34,495 nucleotides of DNA from the NCBI GenBank assembly GCA_010015585.1, contig ML975149.1. One strand, written 5' to 3'. The notes beneath the pieces are model-generated. The model was not told the DNA's origin. It did not search any database and saw only the letters and a program-made list of their open reading frames with translations. Below, in pieces: positions 23,548 to 31,628 of the stretch. This DNA is from Eremomyces bilateralis CBS 781.70 (lineage: Eukaryota). Both the position numbers and the translations under genes were made by a program. Position 1 is the stretch's first letter, and each line of letters starts with the position of its first letter.

Positions 23548-25857
23548 TCAAAGCAAGGACATCCCATATTCATCCATCGCGAAATTGAAGGCAGAATCGT
23601 TGAAAATGCTTCCAAGATACTCGTTGTACTGATGAGGTTCAAGGTGGAGATTAAAGCCGTCGATCAGGGTTGGAGAGTCTACATGTTCAGCAGGAGCATA
23701 ATGTCCCTCTTGTTGCTCTGTCGATACTTGGCCATGGCCAATGCCGATTCCACTCCCCAGTCCAAGATCCGCAGGGTTCGATATCGAGCGAAGGGTGAGC
23801 ACTTGTTCGTGCATTTTCTCCAACGTCTGCAAACACGTCTGCACCAACGTCTCCTGAGGCAGCTTATAACGAAGGGTGGTTCGACATTTCTGCCAGGACG
23901 AAGCCAACGTGGCGCTCCCAATGGACTCACGCACTGGAGCACAGACATCCGCAAGGAGGATGACCATTGCGGCGGTCCGGATGTAGAACATGCTATACCA
24001 CCATGCTCCGGATTCATTGGTCGCGGCTTGCCGTTCGGTCATGTCGATAAGGTCAATTGCGCTTCTCACGCAGGTCAGAGACGAACATTGAGCGAAAGAT
24101 GTCGCCAGAGATGATGCTGGCGAGGCATTGCTCCGGTCCTTCTTTGATGATGTGAACCGCGCGGACGAAGAATTCAGTCGGCAGAATTGAGTCAAACTTG
24201 GTCGGAACAGGAGGATGCGAAGATGGAGGTGTCTCGCATGCAGGATGTTGGTTTGTTGTCCCAGTGGTGGGCTACGACGGAGAAATTCCCCATCTTCATA
24301 CGTCCACTTGAGAGTCTCTGGTACTTGGTCCGCAAACTTGGCAAGCTCTCTGTCAAGCTCAATGAGCAGATCGAAGCTTCCGTACCCGCATAGGGTGTCT
24401 AACCGGTCGGTCTCCTGGCCATATATTCGAGACAATATCTTGCTTAGAGTGGTGTCCAGCTTGATCGATTCGACAAAGAATTCCATATATGAGACTTGAT
24501 CTAGCGGCTGCGGTTGGTTCCGGTCGAGATACTCGTCATCAATTGCGGTTGGCAATGCGACCCCTGAGCTCTGATGTAACATGGCGGGCCGCCCGAGTGT
24601 CATGCTCACGATCATGTCTAGCATCGCGCAGGCATGCCAGATCCTCTTCCTTAACTCAATCTCAACAGGTTCGAAATGGCCATGCAGCTGCCCGTCGGGG
24701 AGGTGGAGGCCCAGACCTTGGGCAAGTCGGCACGCTGCCCCCATGGTACTCCAACATCGAGTGGGGAACGTCGTGAACTGGAAGATTTGGACCAGTAGCA
24801 AGAGGGTCTGGATGACGTGAATACTTCCGTCGTCAAAGAGGTCGAGATCGAACTGGCTTTTGCATTTCAATGTCAGGGTCGCGACCAGACTATTCCTTTG
24901 CGCCAGCGGCAGGTCAGAAAACTGTACTCCCAGTATCATCATCGCATTGAGTGCGCAGTGAAATACTGATGATGTATATCCGCACTGGTCTGATCCACCA
25001 AGTCCAAGACGGGGTCGCTGCGGTATGCTTTGAGTAGAGGCAGGGGCCCAGAGCTGCTCATATGCTGCCATGAACGTCGCCCGATGCAAGAATGGATATA
25101 CATGATGTGACCGATTCCAGTACAGGTCCAAAAGGTAGTCGGTCAAAACCCGGGGCATTAAAGAAAAGCTCTCCGGACCGCCAAAGCACGGCCTTGGTAA
25201 TGAGCCGCTATTCTGTTGAGGTTCGTTTACTGTCGTTCTGCAGCCGCTGACTTCGGTTTGCGGCGCAGCGGCAGTATCGCCGTTACGCAAGATCATATTA
25301 TAGAATTGCTTCATAAATGACATGGAGGAGGAGCTGCCGTAAAATTTCTCATCCATGTCGGGCAAATCCACACTACTGGCGTTTCCACCCATTCCATCCA
25401 CTGGACTGGAGATGTCGACGATACAATTAGTTGGGGAGATCGATTTCGGATCCTGGTGAGTGTCTGCAGCCGCCAAAAGGAGCGCCTCGTGGCTCTCGCG
25501 ACGACGGCCATCGCTCGCCAGAATTGGGCCTAGACCCGCGGAAGGAGTTCCAGGTTGACTTTGGCCCAGCAACTGCATCGCTGAGGCCGCCGATAGGGCA
25601 TCTCTCGACTGCTGAATTTCACCCTCTAGGTCCGCAACCCGATTCAACAGCGAATCAATGTACTCGTTGGTATCGGCGAGATGTGCGCTGGTCCGCTTAT
25701 ACACACATCGTTCATGTCGCTGGACGCAGTTCCCGCATTGTGGCTTGGCTCCATTGCATCGTGCCTTGCGAGTGCGACAGGCTTCGCAGGCTAGACTTAT
25801 CTTCCGTCTTTTCGCAACTGACCCGGCTTGCCGGGATGGTTGTCCCTCCGCCGGCAT
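23548..25857 (-). CDS. Zn(II)2Cys6 transcription factor with fungal-specific TF middle domain (769 aa, single exon)
   Basis: ACEACRTRKARCNGAKPQCGNCVQRHERC zinc cluster, coiled coil, FYGSSS, YPFLHRATF, AQGLGLHL..ELRKRIWHAC..SMTLGRP, LPTAIDDEYL and an acidic C-terminus. Confidence 0.96.
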   Translation of the reverse strand: MPAEGQPSRQAGSVAKRRKISLACEACRTRKARCNGAKPQCGNCVQRHERCVYKRTSAHLADTNEYIDSLLNRVADLEGEIQQSRDALSAASAMQLLGQSQPGTPSAGLGPILASDGRRRESHEALLLAAADTHQDPKSISPTNCIVDISSPVDGMGGNASSVDLPDMDEKFYGSSSSMSFMKQFYNMILRNGDTAAAPQTEVSGCRTTVNEPQQNSGSLPRPCFGGPESFSLMPRVLTDYLLDLYWNRSHHVYPFLHRATFMAAYEQLWAPASTQSIPQRPRLGLGGSDQCGYTSSVFHCALNAMMILGVQFSDLPLAQRNSLVATLTLKCKSQFDLDLFDDGSIHVIQTLLLLVQIFQFTTFPTRCWSTMGAACRLAQGLGLHLPDGQLHGHFEPVEIELRKRIWHACAMLDMIVSMTLGRPAMLHQSSGVALPTAIDDEYLDRNQPQPLDQVSYMEFFVESIKLDTTLSKILSRIYGQETDRLDTLCGYGSFDLLIELDRELAKFADQVPETLKWTYEDGEFLRRSPPLGQQTNILHARHLHLRILLFRPSLTQFCRLNSSSARFTSSKKDRSNASPASSLATSFAQCSSLTCVRSAIDLIDMTERQAATNESGAWWYSMFYIRTAAMVILLADVCAPVRESIGSATLASSWQKCRTTLRYKLPQETLVQTCLQTLEKMHEQVLTLRSISNPADLGLGSGIGIGHGQVSTEQQEGHYAPAEHVDSPTLIDGFNLHLEPHQYNEYLGSIFNDSAFNFAMDEYGMSLL

Positions 25858-26225
25858 CGTTCCGTTAAGTTGGGTGGCCGGACAAGAGAGGGATGGAGAA
25901 GCGGAGAAAGCGAGAGAGATGAAGAGGAGTGACTGGTGAGCATTTGCGAGGAAATTTATTGGACACTGACTACTTAATACAGAGGAAGAGGAGATGTTGA
26001 ATGAACCGAGGGCTTGCTCTGAAGCAACATGTGTGATGTTGTTTGCCTTTGGTTCTGCATCCGTAGCATTGGAGCATCAGATTGTGGCGGAGGCCCAGAC
26101 CCAACCGAAAAGGGCGGTGGGGTTGGCAGGGCCGACCGAGGCTGGCCCGAACGGGTGCACCCGCAGGAATCAATCAATCAATCAATTGACATTGGACTCG
26201 TTACGATCCTGACGATTTCTCATAC

Positions 26226-26270
26226 GTCGACCCTTTCTCATGTCGACCCTTTCCCATGCTGACCCCTTTT
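26226..26270. repeat. About 3 copies of a 16-bp unit (GTCGACCCTTTCYCAT) in the divergent TF/WSC intergenic region
   Basis: gtcgaccctttctcat gtcgaccctttcccat gctgacccctttt; an (AATC)n microsatellite also lies at about 26168-26186. Confidence 0.65.
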
Positions 26271-26542
26271 CAATAGCCATGAAAGGTGCGTCAATATATA
26301 TTAGGTGGCGCCGACTATTGTCTTGGTATGCGCCGTGATATATATTCGCTGCACAGGATGGCTAAGATACATTATCACCGCAAACTCACCTGGTTAAAGT
26401 CTAGAACTTAGATAAGGATAATGAGCAGGATAAGTACTGACAATGAGCCATCCTGTTGAGAATTCCTCCAATTATAAGTTTACCATAGTAGCGTTGTCAT
26501 TCTCTGGCCTGCATTCGTTACCATCACCACCCACCTACCAAG

Positions 26543-27988
26543 ATGATGCCTCGCCCTTTACCGAGTACTCGTCTCCTAGCTTTGCTGGGAGCCGTGGCCA
26601 GCACGTTCGCGTGCGTGATCCCCGACGAGCCACTCTCGAATAACATCCCCGAGAAGTTCAGCATCTTTGTTCAGAATGCATCCATTCCGATAGTTCATAA
26701 CCGCGTCATGAACTTCCGGCCAAATGGCGAGGATAAACATCTGGTGCTGCGCCCAAGTGGCGAGCCTACCTTTGACCTGATGTATCTTGAAAATGGCCTT
26801 CTCCAATATGAAGGCCGTCATGCCGTTATCGATCTTGAGGTAAGGTTCTCATGGTCGGTCTATAGATTCTGGGACGAGCAATATTGAGAGGTAATTTCAT
26901 TAGTATAACCCCGCCGATGACACTACCAAGATGTTTATGACGGACCGGACTTTCCACCCAACCGCCATCTTTCAGCCGGTATACAGCTGTAATCCGGACA
27001 CGGATGAGCTGCAAATCGGACTGGAACTTGTGTCCCGCCTCACTGATCCACCCGTGGTAGGTGGGCAGATCGGCATACAGACAGCGGGAGACACGTATGA
27101 ATTCCGATATACACCTCCACATAACGCTTGTAACGTCTCCCCAAAAATGTAGTGCGGGTGTTGTGCTTGCTGACACGCATGTCTACATTAGTGCTCGACG
27201 CAAGGTTCATGTCGGTTACAATGGTGATATTCCGCGACGGCCTGAGCCCTCCTACTCCGAGCTCGACTGTTTCTAGCTCGACTAGTTCTGCTACCCCCTC
27301 TCAATCTTCGACTTCCTCCTCGACCCAGTCGGCAACAAGCACAACGGGATCTACAATACCAACCGACCCAGCAAGTTTTCCGCCGGTCGGTAACTACAAC
27401 TTTGTATCCTGCTATGCCGAGCCACCTACCGGTCGAGCACTTCCCGCCACATATGCCAGTGCTGATGATATGACGCTTGAAAAATGCGCGGCACTCTGCT
27501 CTCGCTACCCGTACTTCGGCACCGAGTGGAGCCGAGAGTGTTGGTGCGACGAGGAACTGACAGCGGGATCAGCTCCAGTTCCATTGTCTGAGTGCAACTA
27601 TCCATGCATCGGTGACACAACGGAGATATGCGGCGGCTCACAACGTCTCTCGCTCTACCACAACGACAACTGGACTGGTCCGCAGCACCCGAATAACGTC
27701 AACGACTTCGAGTTGTACGGCTGCGTCACCGACAGTCCATCGCACCGTACATTAACGGAAATTTCGTTTGCGAGCCCTGGTATGACATTAGAGGCGTGTG
27801 CCGATTTCTGCAGCGATTATCAGTACTTCGGAGCTGAGTGGAGCATTGAGTGCTGGTGCGGAAATGATTTCACTGAAGGGGCCGGCCAGGTTGACATCAG
27901 CCAGTGCAGTATGACTTGTGGAGGGAATAGGGACCAGCTGTGTGGGAACGCGGATCGATTAAGCGTTTACCAACTGGCAGCGATATAA
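26543..27988 (+). CDS. Secreted protein with an N-terminal domain, S/T linker and two C-terminal WSC carbohydrate-binding domains, 3 exons
   Basis: Signal peptide LLALLGAVASTFA. Introns 26840-26903 and 27130-27191 keep frame. Two repeats of CY/CV..MTLExCAxxC..YFGxEWSxECWC..C...C.G...CG...RLSxY. No TM or GPI tail seen. Confidence 0.9.
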
Positions 27989-28078
27989 TTTGTTTTTGGG
28001 ATATACCTGGTGGGCAGAGGGTAGTTTGCTGAAGGACTGAATTCACTGAAACAAGTATGTAGAGGTTAAGTTTACTAG

Positions 28079-29642
28079 CCTCCGGGGGGGACGAAATTGA
28101 ATTACGTTTCTTGGCATTCCCCCAACCATACAGCTCCCGCGACCTTAACCACCAACTTCTGACTATCATCAACTTACTCTACCGCATTCAATGTTTGATG
28201 GATTCTTGTCCAAATACGCCAGATAAACCGATTAAACGTCATGAATACACTACAACCAAAAAATCACACTTTTTCGCGCTCTACGACAACCGGAATGACG
28301 GCGAAAAGGTGCCTACCGTTTGCAAACGCCTTGACTTTCGCCTTGAACCTGCAACTGCGAGAACATGGCTGCGTCATCGGCTCATCGCGGTAAAGTCGGA
28401 GACCGTGTATGTCGGCGATCGCGCAGAATAAGCGATGAATTAGGGCGAAATCGAGCTATTTCTAACCCTCAATTGGATATGATATTATCCCCAGGCAATC
28501 CTGTTCGAGACCGTCCTCATGAGGCTAATATTGAATGGTTTAACTTTGATATCACGCCTCGTCGCCTGCGCGCAAACCTCCGCGATCGTCGTAAAGCCTC
28601 GCGTTTTAAGATGGAGCAAGTCAAACCCATTTCAGCTAAGAATAAGAGAGAGAGAATGGACTATGGGCGCTTCGGAATGGAACAGCCCCTCTTCGGATAT
28701 TGGGATCAGATTGATTTTACGGACGAGGCGCATGTCGACCCCAACGAGCAGACAAAAGGGCGGGTTATACGAGAGGAAGGCAAGCGGCTTGAGCCTGAAA
28801 ACCTACAGGCTAGGCCTAAGAGGTCTGGAAATGCTCTTCATTTTGCAGCCTCTATTTCATACTGGCATAAGGGCGAGCTCAATTCTATCACGACAAGTCT
28901 GAAGACCCTCCGAAGGCCCCTAAGCGACCGCGAATGCCCCGGAAAAGTAGTGTAGAAACGGTCGAAGAGTATGAAGCGAAATTAGCGAAATGGAACGACG
29001 AATCGCACCATCCTGTGGAGGTAAAGAGGAAAGGAAATTCTATGACAGCCAAATATTACGCCGAGAACCTCCTCCCTCTATATATCGACGAGATTAACGC
29101 CGCGCGCGTGGAGCGCGACGGGGGTTGTTTTGGAGTCGATGATTGGGGGGATGGAGCTCATATGATACTTCAGGAGGATAATGATCGATCACATGGGACG
29201 ACGCAGGGCAAGAGTCTACCTCGTAGCCTCAAGGATCGATGTTGGATCTATCGATTGAAGCATCCTGCGCAGTCGCCTAATCTTAACCCGATTGAAGCGA
29301 TTTGGGGCATCCTCAAGCAGCGTATTAAGCGTAGAATATGGGATACCCTAGACGAACTGAAACAGATACTGGTTGAGGAGTGGGAAAAGATCACGATGGA
29401 GGAAATCCGGGCGCGAATCGCAGAGATGCGGCTTCGCTGTAGGATGGTGGTAGACCGCGGCGGAGAATTCGTCAAAACAGACCTCTGGTAATCGCCGAGT
29501 TAGGAAAAGAGTACACTTTTTGATATTATGCTACTTTTGAGCGAATTGGACCTGCCCGTGCGAAGCGCGGTCTGCCTGTGATGGTGGTCATGGTCGTTGG
29601 GGGAATGCCAAGAAAAGTAATTCAATTTCGTCCCCCCGGAGG
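28079..29642 (+). mobile_element. Tc1-like (IS630-Tc1-mariner superfamily) DNA transposon, 1564 bp, with inactivated transposase
   Basis: TIRs 28079-28126 and 29596-29642 (CCTCCGGGGGG(G)ACGAAATTGAATTACKTTTCTTGGCATTCCCCCAAC; 1 mismatch plus 1 G indel). TAG on both flanks. Internal DDE transposase. Confidence 0.93.
28198..29491 (+). pseudogene. Tc1-like DDE transposase with two frameshifts
   Basis: ATG at 28198. Motifs WDQIDFTDEAH, GNSMTAKYYAENLLP, ILQEDNDRSH and HPAQSPNLNPIEAIWGILK. Frameshifts at about 28375-28388 (8-bp imperfect duplication) and about 28881 (1-nt loss). Confidence 0.88.
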
Positions 29643-29701
29643 TAGGTTGGCCTTAGGCCACAAGGCCATGATACTGCCCCTTACCCTTATCTCAGTTGGG
29701 A

Positions 29702-29840
29702 CTCAGGCGGCAATGGTGCCCCCTGGCCATTATGGGGCTCCGCTATATACCCAATGAAGCCCAGCCTCTTTTTTAGCATTCGCCACTAAATATTGACCAA
29801 TCATATGCCATAAAGCCAGAGGGCACCACTGCCGTCTGAG
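29702..29840. mobile_element. MITE-like element (139 bp)
   Basis: Inverted repeats CTCAGGCGGCAATGGTGCCCCCTGGC (29702-29727) vs the reverse complement of 29815-29840, 3 mismatches in 26 bp, extendable inward through TTATGG. No clean TSD (GGA/AGA). Confidence 0.55.
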
Positions 29841-30195
29841 AGAAGTCTGCAGAGTTTGTGTGGATGGTAGAGCATCATATCATGAAATAGGTGAGAGAAC
29901 TCCCATCGCTAAGTGTACTTGATACAGAATGTTTATCGCTAATCTGTTTTCAGAAATTGGTTCTACGCGTTGACTTCTACATTTCATCAAGTTTTAGGAC
30001 CAATCCAACCACTCTACAGTCCGTCACGGTTCAGACATTGGCCGGTTATAATATCACATGACATCACATGACCAACGCCTGAGTGCTTTTGTAAAAGTTA
30101 CATATCAGGGAGACTCTCCGCTTGATGGATCTTCCTCCTTTGTACTAATATTATCTTTCACATGTAGTACAATGCACGTATTCCAGACAACATCA

Positions 30196-30494
30196 CTACG
30201 TGTCTACGTCCTTGACACTAGGGTTTGACAGCGAATCATGAAACTCGTCGCTAACTGCTTGCTCAGGACTCATCAAGATATGGGTGTATAATCCAGCTGC
30301 AATCTCCTTTAACAGGTTCGGATTCGTGCGCTTGGTCTCCGCTGTAACAAGGCAAGGCCTGACCTCTTCTGCTCCTCTCCAAGCTTGCTTGAAGGAATCA
30401 ACTGGATGGCAATTTTGCCGATAAAGATTGGGATAGCATAAAAGATGATGCTCTTCCCAAAATCAGTCTGAGCAGAGACAGTAACCTCCCTCTC
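30196..30494 (-). pseudogene. RecQ-family (SF2) helicase fragment, degenerate
   Basis: EREVTVSAQTDFGKSIIFYAIPIFIGKIAIQLIPSSKLGEEQK (motif I AxTGxGKS with G>D, and motif Ia), then a frameshift into RPCLVTAETKRTNPNLLKEIAAGLYTHILMSPEQAVSDEF (motif Ib-like SPE). A stop occurs before any DExH box. Confidence 0.72.
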
Positions 30495-31628
30495 TGTGTG
30501 CCGGGCACCCCTGCGTGCCGAGCAAAACGATAGGTACTTCGACTTCAGAGCAAGCTAGACACTGCACACATATTGATATTTCTTAAATTCGGTTTAAATA
30601 TTGAATTGTAGCCGTTCCTTAATATTCGAGACCCTCCTACTAAGAAAATTACCTTAGCGTGGCTGTGTCCGAGCCCGATTTACGAAGAGTCTACCTTCTT
30701 AGCATACCAGAATATCTCTACCACAGCGCCACCATCGAACTGAATCGAACTTTTAAAAACATAGGAAGTTCATATCTAAGCCTTAGGGTCGCGGTACGAA
30801 GTTAGATATCATTATCAACGACCGTGACTACTGCAGCGTGAAAGTTCGCCACGCCGGTCGGTACTTCGAGTCAGATCGTGGAACGCTCCTAGCTAGCGCG
30901 ATACGATTATACACGTACTATACTTCATTAACGTATCATAACTTAAGTAATGCGCTATATTGTTCATGCCAAGGTCTTGGCTGAATTCGCCTGTGGCTGC
31001 CGCTGTCTAACCACTCCTGGCAAACGCAGAACTCCCTGCGTGCAGAAACGGGAACACCGTCGTTACTTGCCATACTTGGACTTTGCTGAGAATGCCTCTT
31101 ACTGTAGCCGCGCTACGAAAAGTTTCTTTTAACGTGTTGCTCGGCTTTGGTTTCTGGTTTCCGCACCCGTGGGGGCTAAGGCTAAAAAGGTGTGGAGGAT
31201 CAAAGTAGAGTTTGCAGAGGTTGACTTTGATGCGGATCGATTTGATACGGGAAATTCCAGCAGTCCTCGATATCCGTTACTGAATGTATGATCGAGAGTT
31301 AGTTTCGTCCTGTGGTTCGGCGCCATATTAGAGGACTGCGTTAAAATGTGACTGCACGCGATCATGAATGTCCCAGCGCGACGCATGCATTAGCGCCTGG
31401 TCAGGTCGCAAAGCGCAAGGCTGAGGTCGCGGAGAACAAGCTGCGAAGTGACCGGAAAACGAACGCAGCCTTGGACCAGAACTAATAATGGCCTTTCTCT
31501 GCCGCTGCGGTCGTCGTCCTTGTCCTTCAAGGGCGACTCAACTCTAGCTTCTTCGTTGACCGAGGCGAACCGCATAACCTGTCATTCCACCCGCCCATCT
31601 GCCGGCCTGGCGCGCTTCCCTCCACACC

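Noticed and set aside
29643..29668. Helitron 3' end (hairpin plus CTAG|T on the minus strand after removing the Tc1 insertion)
   Set aside because: The hairpin is only about 2 nt from CTAG (usually about 10), the second motif copy at 450 lacks CTRR, and no Rep/Pif1 helicase remnant is seen.
450..29668. Giant element (e.g. Starship) bounded by the 19-bp direct repeats
   Set aside because: No tyrosine-recombinase captain gene is present and the interval holds core genes such as PSF1.
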